Shown here: piece after piece, positions 38,708-48,547 of the stretch
Numbering within the stretch: position 1 is the stretch's first letter
Layout: every line of letters begins with the position of its first letter
IMG/VR virus record: IMGVR_UViG_3300042691_021640
Span: 2,758-66,757 of that record
Length of the DNA: 64,000 nt
Direction: 5' to 3' (one strand)
Source of the DNA: a virus
Taxonomy: Duplodnaviria; Caudoviricetes
Program-made: the position numbers and the translations under genes
Notes under the pieces: generated by a model
Databases searched by the model: none
The model's input: only the letters and a program-made list of their open reading frames with translations
Told to the model about the DNA's origin: nothing

Positions 38708-40188
38708 AACAAAGTGCCGTCATTGGGATTAGCATCATTCAACGAGAATGTTTGACGCTCTCTCTCAATGATATCGCCCAAGGAACCTCTCTCTTCTACA
38801 CTGAAATTGTTGATCTGAAAGTTGATAAAGTTCTGAACATATTTTTCATCACCATGTTCATTCCTTCTTCTAAGAAGATCTTGATGCCCAGCGGCATCTT
38901 TGCCTTGGAATCGACTCTTCAAAGTTATCAACTTATGAGTCCCAAAGTCTGGCGTATCACGCTCTATTTCGTCAAGAGTTTTTCTTCGGAAAATTCCTAC
39001 AAAGCTTGAGAACCATTGGAGTCGATCAGATAGAGCTATTGCCGAGCTATCATCAGTTACATCTCCAGCATTTCTATTAAAATTTTCACCAGATCTATTC
39101 ATTTGCATGGCAGTGAATAGCGGAGCATTAATTTCTTCTGAAATCTTTTTAAGTTTATCGATCTTTTCACCGATAGCTTGATGCTCTGCCCAGTTTTGGC
39201 CTACCTTTTCTCCGGTAAGTTTAACATAATCATAGCAAATAAGAGCAGGGTTTCCTCTTCCAACTTTGCTATAATACCATCTACGAATAAAAGAAACAAT
39301 CTCATCAATACCTTTATTACCAACACAATGATGAGTATAATTATATTTACTGAATTCTTTTAAGAAGCCCCTGACTTTATTGACCATTTCAGGATTTTTG
39401 CGCCAGTTTCCTGTGTCAATATACCAGAAAGGAACACCAGTCTTCGCTGCCGCAATACGAAGCTTAACATCTTGCGAGAACATTTCAGTATCAAGATAAA
39501 GAACACTAACTTTCTTGTTCTTTAAATAAGCTCCAAGAGACATCTCAACCAAGAACGAACTTTTGCCTTGGCCGGGACGACTAACGATTGCGTAGACATT
39601 GCCATTTCTCAAGCCGCCATAAAGCCTTGCGAATTCTGGATAATGCAAATCTATACCTGCTTCATCTTGAGGGTTGTTACCTTTTTCTTCTATGAACGCT
39701 TCTATGTCGTCAAAGATGTTTCTAATTTCTTCAGTGGCATCAAAAGAATTAATCTTTTCGCCGTATATAGAATCTACTTCAGCTATTATTTGATTAGCAT
39801 TTTTCTCAGGATTGGTGGAAACGGTTTCTATTATTCTTTGTGCCATGCCTTTTATGTCTCGGCGAATAGAAAACTGTTTTAACTCTTGAGCGTATTTAAT
39901 AGCAGAATCTTTATTTGAAACTGTTAAAGAAAGACAATCAATATAATCATATATATCAAGATCTTCTTGGAAAGAAATACCAAGATTCTGAATTTTCTGA
40001 GCCAGAATGACTTTATCCACTTTTTCTTTAGCATTACATATCTGGCGAATTATTGAGTAAATTGTACCATTTACATCATTTGTAAAATCAATCTCTGATA
40101 TAAAGTGATCTATATCATAAAATGATTCTGAATTTTTAATGAGCGAACCAAGCAAAGATTGCTCTACTTTAATAGAGGAAAGTTTCAT
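38704..40188 (-). CDS. dnaB: DnaB-like replicative helicase
   Basis: EQSLLGSLI N-domain, Walker A SRPGQGKS, LDTEM, CYDYVKL, AMQMNRSG, KSRFQG. Confidence 0.93.
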   Translation of the reverse strand: MKLSSIKVEQSLLGSLIKNSESFYDIDHFISEIDFTNDVNGTIYSIIRQICNAKEKVDKVILAQKIQNLGISFQEDLDIYDYIDCLSLTVSNKDSAIKYAQELKQFSIRRDIKGMAQRIIETVSTNPEKNANQIIAEVDSIYGEKINSFDATEEIRNIFDDIEAFIEEKGNNPQDEAGIDLHYPEFARLYGGLRNGNVYAIVSRPGQGKSSFLVEMSLGAYLKNKKVSVLYLDTEMFSQDVKLRIAAAKTGVPFWYIDTGNWRKNPEMVNKVRGFLKEFSKYNYTHHCVGNKGIDEIVSFIRRWYYSKVGRGNPALICYDYVKLTGEKVGQNWAEHQAIGEKIDKLKKISEEINAPLFTAMQMNRSGENFNRNAGDVTDDSSAIALSDRLQWFSSFVGIFRRKTLDEIERDTPDFGTHKLITLKSRFQGKDAAGHQDLLRRRNEHGDEKYVQNFINFQINNFSVEERGSLGDIIERERQTFSLNDANPNDGTLL

Positions 40189-40202
40189 TTAACTAAAAAG
40201 AG

Positions 40203-40484
40203 TCATTTACTAGCGGGGCCATCTTCATCTTCACCATCTTCATTTTCTTGATCAGAAGCAATAATATTATGAATTGTATTTTCTAAATTGATTTGTTCAA
40301 CAGCACTAAGCCAATTATTAATATAATAATGCATAGCCATTGCGTTCTGTGCATTATCGAATTTAGACCTTACTTCTGGCATTCCTTTTTTGTCAAAGGT
40401 AAATAATAAAAACCCTCCCTGCGAGCATTCATCTATTTGTGATAGAATGCTTTCTGGAAAATGGAATTCTTTATTTTTTGCCAC
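40203..40484 (-). CDS. Hypothetical protein (93 aa, acidic tail)
   Basis: Fills the operon gap; GTG start 8 nt downstream of a GTGTAA motif. Confidence 0.6.
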   Translation of the reverse strand: MAKNKEFHFPESILSQIDECSQGGFLLFTFDKKGMPEVRSKFDNAQNAMAMHYYINNWLSAVEQINLENTIHNIIASDQENEDGEDEDGPASK

Positions 40485-40492
40485 AGAGTATA

Positions 40493-40498
40493 TTACAC
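40493..40498 (-). promoter_or_regulatory. GTGTAA motif (also the terminal Val + stop of the upstream gene)
   Basis: GTGTAATATACTCT-GTG. Confidence 0.4.
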
Positions 40499-40912
40499 TA
40501 ACGATATCTTGAATGTATAATTTATATAATCGTAGGTCAATTTATTTAAATCAGAAGTCTCTAATTCTATTAACTGAAAGCCATTCTTTTCTAACCATAT
40601 AGACTTCTTGTAATCTCTTTTTATAGAGTTAAGATAATTCAATCTAGAATTATTGTGAAAGAATTTATTAAAAGAAGAGTGTTGATCTCCATTGACTTCT
40701 ATCGCTATTTTGCGAGATGCATTAATAAAGTCAACCTTCATTCTACTACCAAAAACCGGGAACTCTTCGTAACAAACGTGACTTTTCCAAAATGGTTTCA
40801 GGAATTGTTTAACCTGAAACTGAATCTTAGAACGAGACTGTTTATCCCAATCTATTAAAAATTGAGAAACATTTTTGTTAACTATTCTGCCAGTTACAGA
40901 ATATAACTTCAT
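40493..40912 (-). CDS. DUF559/Vsr-like endonuclease
   Basis: YEEFPV...KVDF....KIAIEVNG.QH...D..K..WL..NG..LIE. Confidence 0.75.
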   Translation of the reverse strand: MKLYSVTGRIVNKNVSQFLIDWDKQSRSKIQFQVKQFLKPFWKSHVCYEEFPVFGSRMKVDFINASRKIAIEVNGDQHSSFNKFFHNNSRLNYLNSIKRDYKKSIWLEKNGFQLIELETSDLNKLTYDYINYTFKISLV

Positions 40913-42060
40913 TTTGATTGAACAGCTTTCAGCTTACTAAAGAGATACTTGGTGGCTTGTTCGTTTTCTTCAAGCCATTTTCTGAAGTTTTCTCTTCCTT
41001 GGTGCTGTTTAGGGATTTCAATTTCAACAGTCTTAAGTTCTTCAATCAAAGAGTCATCAACGGTAATCCAAGCTCCCTTTGCAACAACAAGATCCCACAT
41101 GAGCAAGCAATCAAGAATCTCATATTCAACCCAGATGCCAGAAGGCTTCTTACCAAATTTAATAGGATACTGAATAATATTTTTGCGAGTTGCTTCGCTG
41201 GTAGACTTTTGAATCATTACCTTGGAATATTTTCCAATCGATTTGGTCTTGCCATCATTCATCTTTCCTGATGGGTTGTCAAGGATGTAGTCGCCCATTG
41301 CGGTTGGGCTGTACTCTAGGATAAAGTCGGCCCAATGCAAGAGCGCATTTCCGCCGCTGAACATCCCGCCTCTGGGAGCATTCTTAGCATAAGGATCGAT
41401 TTTAATTTCAGAAGTAATTTGACTAATAGCAATCATTAGATGTCCATGCTTGAACATTCCAATGCTTAGTGACTGCAATAGCTTCTTACTAATTACTTGA
41501 GTTCCAGCGACCTTGCTTGCGTCTGCTGGGCTTGTGTCTTTGTCTCTCTTTAAAATAAGACCATCCATTGAATCAATCACGAAGCAATAACGATGATCTT
41601 CTTGATTATTAAGGACAAGATCTTTAATAACATCAATTACTAAATCATATACATTTGATTCAAGAATGAAAACTGACCCATCAGTCCATTCTGAAGCGTC
41701 AGTAACGAACTTCATTCCGCAGCGTTCTCTATTTTCTTTAGAAAGACGGCCCTCTGCCAAGACCCAGACTACTCTGCTTTTTGGAATCTCAGAAAGGAAG
41801 TTTCTGCAAATCTCCAACGCTTGAGGAGTTTTGCCTTCATTGTTTGGTCCGCAAAGACGAATAAGAGAAGGGGTAATTCCGCCACCTACTGCTGCGTCTA
41901 AGAGTAGGCTTCCCGTAGAGATCTTCCAGCTTACTGCTTCTTCGAAATTAAAATGATCATCTTTATGATCTTTATTATTTAGAATAGCTTGGAGTCTGCT
42001 TGAGGCTCCAACTGCTGAGATTTTTTCTTCAGGCTGCTGTGTTTTCGGGGGTCGGGCCAT
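40909..42060 (-). CDS. recA: RecA-like recombinase
   Basis: ISTGSLLLDAAVGGG, Walker A GPNNEGKT, Walker B VIDS, ISQI, GGNALLHWAD. Confidence 0.9.
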   Translation of the reverse strand: MARPPKTQQPEEKISAVGASSRLQAILNNKDHKDDHFNFEEAVSWKISTGSLLLDAAVGGGITPSLIRLCGPNNEGKTPQALEICRNFLSEIPKSRVVWVLAEGRLSKENRERCGMKFVTDASEWTDGSVFILESNVYDLVIDVIKDLVLNNQEDHRYCFVIDSMDGLILKRDKDTSPADASKVAGTQVISKKLLQSLSIGMFKHGHLMIAISQITSEIKIDPYAKNAPRGGMFSGGNALLHWADFILEYSPTAMGDYILDNPSGKMNDGKTKSIGKYSKVMIQKSTSEATRKNIIQYPIKFGKKPSGIWVEYEILDCLLMWDLVVAKGAWITVDDSLIEELKTVEIEIPKQHQGRENFRKWLEENEQATKYLFSKLKAVQSK

Positions 42061-42421
42061 AATTAAGAAATTCTTTTAAAGTTCTGGGCTTCTTGACGAT
42101 TTGAATGTCTTCGCCCACTTTGCTGTTCTCTTCATTATAGCTGATTGCAGTCTTTGAGTCAAAGCTTTCTTTGAGCTTTTCTTTCGACCGCTTCAAGTCC
42201 TTTTGCTGAAGAAAAAGTGAGTATCTTTCTTTTAAAGTCTCTAGAATTTCTTTATTCTGTAAGAAAGCAAGATTAGAAACTAAAGGGTAAGGCTCTACCC
42301 ATTCCCAAAACCCATGTTCTGGAAATTTTTTTAAAAGCCTAGTGGCGACTTTCATGTCCCTAGGCCAATTTTGCTCTTCTTTTCTTACGAATTTTTCTAC
42401 AATGGTTTGTTGAATTGACAT
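42029..42421 (-). CDS. Hypothetical protein (130 aa)
   Basis: Operon-filling ORF with overlapping junctions on both sides. Confidence 0.6.
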   Translation of the reverse strand: MSIQQTIVEKFVRKEEQNWPRDMKVATRLLKKFPEHGFWEWVEPYPLVSNLAFLQNKEILETLKERYSLFLQQKDLKRSKEKLKESFDSKTAISYNEENSKVGEDIQIVKKPRTLKEFLNYGPTPENTAA

Positions 42422-43473
42422 TAAAATTGATTGAGATCAGATGCTACCATGTCTTTTACTAATTGATGAAAAGAGTACTTTGGATTCCAGTCTAATTCTT
42501 TGCGAGCCTTGGAAGAGTCTCCAAGAAGTAGTTCTACCTCTGCTGGACGGAAAAATTTTGGATCTATTCGAATCAAAACAGAAGACGCTGCATCGTTGCG
42601 TATGGCATATTCAGTTGATAAAGAATATTCTTCATTTGTTCCTTGCCCATGCCAAAAACCTTCTATACCAACTTCTTTAAATGCTAGTTCAATAAATTCT
42701 CTAATAGTATGAGTTTCGTTGCTTGATAAAACGTATTCATTTGGTTTTTCTTGATTGAGCATTTTCCAGACTCCATCTACGAAATCAATTGCGTGACTCC
42801 AGTCTCTTTTTGCGTCAACATTTCCCAAACAAATAGGATCAAAAGATTCTCTTCTTTTAATAGCCTTTATTATTCTGGCTACTCCTTTAGTAATTTTTCG
42901 AGTAACAAACTCTTCTCCTCTTCTTGGTGATTCATGATTAAAAAGATAACCTTGAATTGCAAAAAGATTATAAGATTCACGATATACTTTAACTAAATGC
43001 CTTGCCGCAGCTTTTGCCGCTCCATAGGGAGACCTTGGAGAAAGAGGGTGTTTCTCATCTTGAGGCGCATATTTTACATCTCCAAACTCTTCAGAGCTTC
43101 CAGCGTTATAAAATCGACAACTTGGAGAGTACTTACGCACGGCTTCAAGACATCTTAGCACACCCATAGCCCCAGCGTCAAATGTTTGTTCAGGAATTTG
43201 CCAGCTTGAACCAACAAAAGATTGCGCGGCAAAATTAATAAAGTAATCAGGTTTAATTTCTCTAACCGCATTGTCAATTGATTGAGAATCAGAAAGATCA
43301 AAGGTGACAAGCTTAAATCGATTATTGCAAAGATGCTTAGAAAAATTAGAATAGTTAGGCTTAGACAGTCTTCTTACTGCTCCAAAAATATTATAATTAG
43401 TCTTCTCAAGCAAGTAGTCAACCATGTAAGACCCATCTTGTCCAGTAATTCCTGTAATAATTACGTTTTTCAT
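42421..43473 (-). CDS. gmd: GDP-mannose 4,6-dehydratase
   Basis: ITGITGQDGSY, NFAAQSFVG.SW, YNAGSSEEFG, PRSPYGAAK, FNHESPRRGEEFVTRKIT, LGNVDAKRDW, FFRPAEVELLLGD. Confidence 0.96.
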   Translation of the reverse strand: MKNVIITGITGQDGSYMVDYLLEKTNYNIFGAVRRLSKPNYSNFSKHLCNNRFKLVTFDLSDSQSIDNAVREIKPDYFINFAAQSFVGSSWQIPEQTFDAGAMGVLRCLEAVRKYSPSCRFYNAGSSEEFGDVKYAPQDEKHPLSPRSPYGAAKAAARHLVKVYRESYNLFAIQGYLFNHESPRRGEEFVTRKITKGVARIIKAIKRRESFDPICLGNVDAKRDWSHAIDFVDGVWKMLNQEKPNEYVLSSNETHTIREFIELAFKEVGIEGFWHGQGTNEEYSLSTEYAIRNDAASSVLIRIDPKFFRPAEVELLLGDSSKARKELDWNPKYSFHQLVKDMVASDLNQF

Positions 43474-44234
43474 TATTCTGTATGTATTATAGGTTGTGGA
43501 ATATTATTTTTTATAAAAAAGCTTTTATCTATTTCAAGCTTGTTAGTTTCATAATTCCATTTGTAGGAGCAATGTCCAAAATGTTTATTTTGATATTCTA
43601 CTTTAAGTTTTCCATTTGAATGTAGCCAAGTCATGTGTCTAACATGAGCATAGTACTTTGGAATTTTTTGATTTACTAAATACTTATAGTTAAGCTCATC
43701 CCTTCCGTTGCTGTAAATAATATCATTATCCCAGTAAAATTTAACAAGTTTTAATCCTCTAGAATTAAAAAATATCCTTGGGGGGCAGAAATCATCTATC
43801 CATTGCTTGCCATCTAAGATGTAATTTTTAAAATTGATGCTGTACCATTGATTAAACTTATCGTTTGAAATATAAGAGATTATTGATTTTATCTCTTGTA
43901 TTGAATAATACTCATCGCTAAGATCTAATAACCAAACGCAATCAACATTGTCAGATAACAATGGAAATAAAGCTAAATTTCTAGCATCAGACTCTATAAG
44001 AGCTTCATTGGGAGCATTAAAATATTGAATTAAACCTTTGTCTTTTAGATTATTAAAGTAATTTATTGTTTTTGAATTATCAATGTTAATGTTTAAATCC
44101 TTGTACTCTTTAAACATGCACGAAACAAAAGAAAAGATAATCTCGCATTCTTTCGCCGCTTCAAACCAAGGACTTAACCTGTTTTCTAAGTCGTCAATGC
44201 AATCATACCCACATCCTAGGATACCTATCTTCAT
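43473..44234 (-). CDS. Putative GT-A fold glycosyltransferase
   Basis: ESDARNLAL...DCVWLLDLSDEYY (DxD-like), PPRIF, late His motif; resembles neighbouring GT2-like genes. Confidence 0.5.
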   Translation of the reverse strand: MKIGILGCGYDCIDDLENRLSPWFEAAKECEIIFSFVSCMFKEYKDLNINIDNSKTINYFNNLKDKGLIQYFNAPNEALIESDARNLALFPLLSDNVDCVWLLDLSDEYYSIQEIKSIISYISNDKFNQWYSINFKNYILDGKQWIDDFCPPRIFFNSRGLKLVKFYWDNDIIYSNGRDELNYKYLVNQKIPKYYAHVRHMTWLHSNGKLKVEYQNKHFGHCSYKWNYETNKLEIDKSFFIKNNIPQPIIHTE

Positions 44235-44239
44235 AAACT

Positions 44240-44920
44240 TTAAGCTTTAATTAAGAAATGATATGCTTTTTCTGCATCTTTCGCAGTAGATGGCTGATAT
44301 TTTCTACTATTTTCTGGTTCATTATTTAAATATGGGACACTGATCCATTTACCGCTTTCTTTAACTCTCCTATAAGCCGCTGCACAATAGCCATCTCCCT
44401 CGGTATAAGCAGTGTCATCAACACAACAAATGCCATTTTCTGATAGAACAGAATGAGCTAGTTCGATATCTTCAAAACACGCCCAGTCATAATGAAGGCC
44501 ATCAACGAAAACAAATGAAAATTTATGGTTTTCAATTAAATGATTTTTAAGCCTTGCGTCTTGAGACATCGCTCTATAATGAATAAAGTTTTGATACTTA
44601 CTCGTTTCATTGATAAAGAAATTAAAGACTTTTTGATCGCCTTCTTGCTGTCCATTGTAAGGGTCTACGCTTATAATTTTTTTACTATATATTGAAGCTA
44701 GTTCTAGGAGTGGGACTGTTGTGGTTCCGTATCTGGAGCCTATTTCTAATATATCGCCTTCTATATTTTCCATTGCTAACTTAGCTACATTTAGCATGGT
44801 GATTGTTTGATACTGAGAAGCAAGCCAGCTACTTGGGTTTCCTAGATCTTTAGAGATGCTCCAAGCATAAGTTAGATGAATTAGCTTTGCTATTTCTTTG
44901 GATATATTTTCTTTTGTCAT
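44240..44920 (-). CDS. Class I SAM-dependent methyltransferase (Methyltransf_24/TylF-like)
   Basis: GDILEIGSRYGTTT, ISVDPY, FVFVDGLH, ICCVDD. Confidence 0.82.
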   Translation of the reverse strand: MTKENISKEIAKLIHLTYAWSISKDLGNPSSWLASQYQTITMLNVAKLAMENIEGDILEIGSRYGTTTVPLLELASIYSKKIISVDPYNGQQEGDQKVFNFFINETSKYQNFIHYRAMSQDARLKNHLIENHKFSFVFVDGLHYDWACFEDIELAHSVLSENGICCVDDTAYTEGDGYCAAAYRRVKESGKWISVPYLNNEPENSRKYQPSTAKDAEKAYHFLIKA

Positions 44921-45636
44921 ATTCTGTTTATAAAATCGTTATATTGTTTTTCCCATCCTATATGCTCAACAATGCTATTGTCAGTGAAGCTAAAAATATT
45001 TTCTTGATTTAGTAAATATTTTGCGGCTATCTCATAAGCCATTTCTACATGAGGATGTATTCTTTCAAAGTTTTTCAATACAAAATTAGAGACATAAATC
45101 ATGTCTCTTGAGCGAAGCATTGCCGGATTAAAACTCCATTCTTTTTTTGCTAAATAGAAACCATCTCTTTTTTCTCCAGATAGTCTTTGAACAATGTCTG
45201 GTTGATCTACTCTAGAATATCTATGATAAATAATGCTTGAATTATTTTCTAAGATACGAATAGAATTATCAAGAAGAAAATCTAATTCATTTGTATGAAA
45301 CACCCAGTCATTTTCTAAATGAAACACAAATTGATGGCTTTTAACTAATTCATGGTTATAGCACTTCGCCATGTCTTTGATAAGTCCATGAGCATGACTT
45401 TCGTGATCATTCTTCCAATGTTCTGTAGTGGAAATAACATGAAACCCTAGAGACTTGAAAAAACTAATTTTTTCAGCAGCTATATTTTCATCTCCGGGGA
45501 TTATTTTTATATGCGCTAGTTTGTCTGCCTTGTGAAATAATTGAGATTTTTTAAAAGTATCTTTTAGACTTACTATGTCTACATCGTTTAGATTATAATG
45601 TTGTCTTGTGCTTGTTAGGAATACAATGCTGAACAT
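44917..45636 (-). CDS. Putative GT-A fold glycosyltransferase
   Basis: SIVFLTSTR, FVFHLENDWVF, WSFNPAMLR, VEHIG. Confidence 0.6.
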   Translation of the reverse strand: MFSIVFLTSTRQHYNLNDVDIVSLKDTFKKSQLFHKADKLAHIKIIPGDENIAAEKISFFKSLGFHVISTTEHWKNDHESHAHGLIKDMAKCYNHELVKSHQFVFHLENDWVFHTNELDFLLDNSIRILENNSSIIYHRYSRVDQPDIVQRLSGEKRDGFYLAKKEWSFNPAMLRSRDMIYVSNFVLKNFERIHPHVEMAYEIAAKYLLNQENIFSFTDNSIVEHIGWEKQYNDFINRI

Positions 45637-45640
45637 AAAT

Positions 45641-46315
45641 TTACATTTTCATTCCGCAGAACCATACGCATTCGTTAAAAATCTCTTTGTGAATATTAAT
45701 AATGCTGTTATCTGTACAAGCTTGCTTTATATCGTCTAATTTAGTTTCCCAAGAAAACCACCTTCCTTCTGATTTTGCTTGTTCAAATTGCTGTTCATTT
45801 TCAAAAAAATCATGAGACATAATGATATCTCCTCTCTTTAGAAATTTTGAGTAGATATTAAATTCTTTTACTTTATCTCCATTATCGCAAAGCAATAAAG
45901 TCCTGCCTTGTTTTTGAATTAAATTTCCAACTTCAGAAATGCACTTTCCATTTGTTAAAACGTCATATTGAAAAAATTTACCGCCGAGAGCTTCGATTAA
46001 ATTAATAGAAGTTTGATCTCTGACAGTATTATCAAAGGTGAAAAATTCTTTTGGAGTTTTATGGTGAGTATTGTTTTTATACAAGACAGGTTCGTTTGTA
46101 TTTTTGCAAGAAGCTGGCATCTTGCTTAAATAGCAGTATAATGCTAATAAAGTTGATAGTCCTCCATCATGGGTTCCAAGCTCAATAATTGTAGAAAAAT
46201 TATAATCTAACAAAAGTTGGTTGATTGCTCTTGGTGCATTTGGGTGTTGTTGCATGAAGCAACCAAAAAATGGCAAATGCATATTGCTAATACATTTTTT
46301 TTCTTGATTTGTCAT
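45641..46315 (-). CDS. CmcI-like SAM-dependent (sugar O-)methyltransferase
   Basis: MQQHP, IIELGTHDGGLS, LLLCDNGDKVKEF, LKRGDIIMSHD. Confidence 0.7.
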   Translation of the reverse strand: MTNQEKKCISNMHLPFFGCFMQQHPNAPRAINQLLLDYNFSTIIELGTHDGGLSTLLALYCYLSKMPASCKNTNEPVLYKNNTHHKTPKEFFTFDNTVRDQTSINLIEALGGKFFQYDVLTNGKCISEVGNLIQKQGRTLLLCDNGDKVKEFNIYSKFLKRGDIIMSHDFFENEQQFEQAKSEGRWFSWETKLDDIKQACTDNSIINIHKEIFNECVWFCGMKM

Positions 46316-47073
46316 ATGTCTAAATGATGCTTTTTGATTTCTATTTTAGAAAAATCAATTTTATTATCTATCTCTTTTCCTGCGCGATTCGACCAAACGG
46401 GTTGCCAGAAATCATTTTGTTTAATCCTTTGATCTTTATCTATAGCCCAATAATGGAACACATAGGGCGTTTGTCCTTCTCTAAGATCTTCAATTAAATT
46501 ATTAAACATCAAAGTCTTAACAAGATTTCCAGAGACATCTATCAATTCACAAGTGTCGCTTTTGTCTGTATCTATCTTTCCATCTTGTTTTTTAGCAAAA
46601 TTTACTATTCCACGATATAAGCCATCTTTGTGCATGTACCATTTGTAGCCTATGTCTTTATAGTGGTAAATGTCACCGCATAGATTAATGCTTGGAATTA
46701 AATAAGCAGAAGCTTCTGATTGAGATAATAAGTAATTAGCAACCCTGCGCCATAGATTTTTTTGATAAAGAGGAAACCTTTCGTCTATATCGCAAGAAAT
46801 TTTTATATCTCCAGATGTATGTTGCAGCGCAAAGTTTTTAATTTTACCATCAAATGCCAAATCAGAATAATCAAAAGCGCATTGACAAAGGATGACGTTA
46901 GAAATGCCTTTTTCTTCTAGAAATTTACTGACAGTTTCAAACGTTTCATCTTCTGATTTATTAATAGCAATAACGACCTCATCCATAAACTGTGAATAGT
47001 TTAGGATAGACTTTTGCCAGTCGAATCCCATCTTAATGAGATTAAACGCAGAGGTATAAGAAGAAAATTTCAT
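46312..47073 (-). CDS. GT2-like glycosyltransferase
   Basis: DEVVIAIN.S.D.T, KNFALQHTSGD..ISCDIDER, VFHY. Confidence 0.78.
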   Translation of the reverse strand: MKFSSYTSAFNLIKMGFDWQKSILNYSQFMDEVVIAINKSEDETFETVSKFLEEKGISNVILCQCAFDYSDLAFDGKIKNFALQHTSGDIKISCDIDERFPLYQKNLWRRVANYLLSQSEASAYLIPSINLCGDIYHYKDIGYKWYMHKDGLYRGIVNFAKKQDGKIDTDKSDTCELIDVSGNLVKTLMFNNLIEDLREGQTPYVFHYWAIDKDQRIKQNDFWQPVWSNRAGKEIDNKIDFSKIEIKKHHLDI

Positions 47074-47708
47074 TTAACCACAATAGGGAGATTCCCTAGT
47101 TTATTATTTATTCTTTTGCAAAGCAATTGCTTTGGAGAATGATTATCATAAAATCTTAATGGTAAAAAAGATTTAGAAAACTCTTGCTGATAGACTTTTT
47201 CTACATCTCTGCCCCAATCGTCTAAGAGCATGTAATCGATTTCAAGATCTAAAGTTAATTGAATATCATTTCTAACACAATCTTCCCAATGGTCTCCATC
47301 AATAAAAATAAAATCAAATTTTTGATCTTTAATTTTATCTTTTACTTTTCTGCTGTCTTCATTTATAAAAGTAAACCTATTAGGAAATGATTTTTTTAAA
47401 TGGTCAACAGCTTTAAACGTCCAAGATTTGTCTGGATATGGAGTTCCATGAATTTGACAATGAATCAAATCGCTTCTATGGTAAACTGGATCTACAGATG
47501 TTACGTTTGCATTTGTATGCAGTAGCCAATTTAGAGCAGACCCTCCTTCAAAAAATCCTATTTCAAGAATATTTTTAGGGTTGCAAAATTGAAGAATATC
47601 TCTAGTTACAAGAGCAAGCTCAGAATAGTTTTGCATTGGTTGAATCTGCTTGCCTTCGACAATATAATTAAAAAATTCTTCTGGCTTAACAGCTTTTAGT
47701 TTGCTCAT
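47070..47708 (-). CDS. Class I SAM-dependent methyltransferase (Methyltransf_24-like)
   Basis: NILEIGFFEGGSA, VTSVDP, FDFIFIDGDH, MLLDD. Confidence 0.85.
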   Translation of the reverse strand: MSKLKAVKPEEFFNYIVEGKQIQPMQNYSELALVTRDILQFCNPKNILEIGFFEGGSALNWLLHTNANVTSVDPVYHRSDLIHCQIHGTPYPDKSWTFKAVDHLKKSFPNRFTFINEDSRKVKDKIKDQKFDFIFIDGDHWEDCVRNDIQLTLDLEIDYMLLDDWGRDVEKVYQQEFSKSFLPLRFYDNHSPKQLLCKRINNKLGNLPIVVK

Positions 47709-48547
47709 AGATAAAATCCTTTGTTTGCTTTTATCGATTTTAGATCTTCATTTAAAATTTTCTTTCTATAAAAATCTTTTAAAATGCCCTCTGAATTAAT
47801 AAACTCTTTAAACTTTTGGTCTGTCGATACAGACTGTTTAGCGTAATTAATAAAAGAATCGGCGGTGAATTCTAATCCTATAGAATAACAATACATTCTA
47901 AATTGTTTTCTATTCTCCTCGGCTCTTCGGAAGCCTTCTTGATCATTCTCTCTTCCTAGGAGCAGATGATTACTTCTTCCGTATACATAATAGTATTTAA
48001 AAAAATGATCAATATAATAAGACTCATCTCTTTCTGGATCGTCTTCTCCATCTCTTAGTCTCCAAGTATGTTCTTTTTTATTTTCGTCAAAGAATTGAGA
48101 TAGGTCAACAGCTTGGCTTCTGGCTCCAATTAGTCCCCAGTGCGGAGAACCATGAAAATACATGTCGTCATAATATTCAAAAGCGAAGCCTTTGCCATAA
48201 TTATATATAGACTTGATATTTGATTGTTTAGCTTTTTGAATTAGATCTTTGATTCCTGAAACCCATTCAGGATTAAACCTCTCTCTAGAGTCTCTAAGAA
48301 CGAGCCAATCGCCAATCTTAAGCGGTCCTTGGCGCAAAAATTCATTCATTTGAAAGTCATGATCGTTAGTCCATTTTCGATAGACGACTTGACCACAGCC
48401 CTTTCTTTCCTCTAGAAGTTCTTTAGTTCCGTCTGTAGAACCGCCATCGACATAAATCAAACCGTCAAAAGCTTTGTAACAGTCTCTTGTTAAATCATCT
48501 ATATTTTTCTTTTGATTTTGTGTGATTCCACAAAGATAGACTTTCAT
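47705..48547 (-). CDS. GT2-like glycosyltransferase
   Basis: LIYVDGGSTDGTKELL, WTNDHDFQMN, WLVLRDSRER. Confidence 0.78.
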   Translation of the reverse strand: MKVYLCGITQNQKKNIDDLTRDCYKAFDGLIYVDGGSTDGTKELLEERKGCGQVVYRKWTNDHDFQMNEFLRQGPLKIGDWLVLRDSRERFNPEWVSGIKDLIQKAKQSNIKSIYNYGKGFAFEYYDDMYFHGSPHWGLIGARSQAVDLSQFFDENKKEHTWRLRDGEDDPERDESYYIDHFFKYYYVYGRSNHLLLGRENDQEGFRRAEENRKQFRMYCYSIGLEFTADSFINYAKQSVSTDQKFKEFINSEGILKDFYRKKILNEDLKSIKANKGFYL

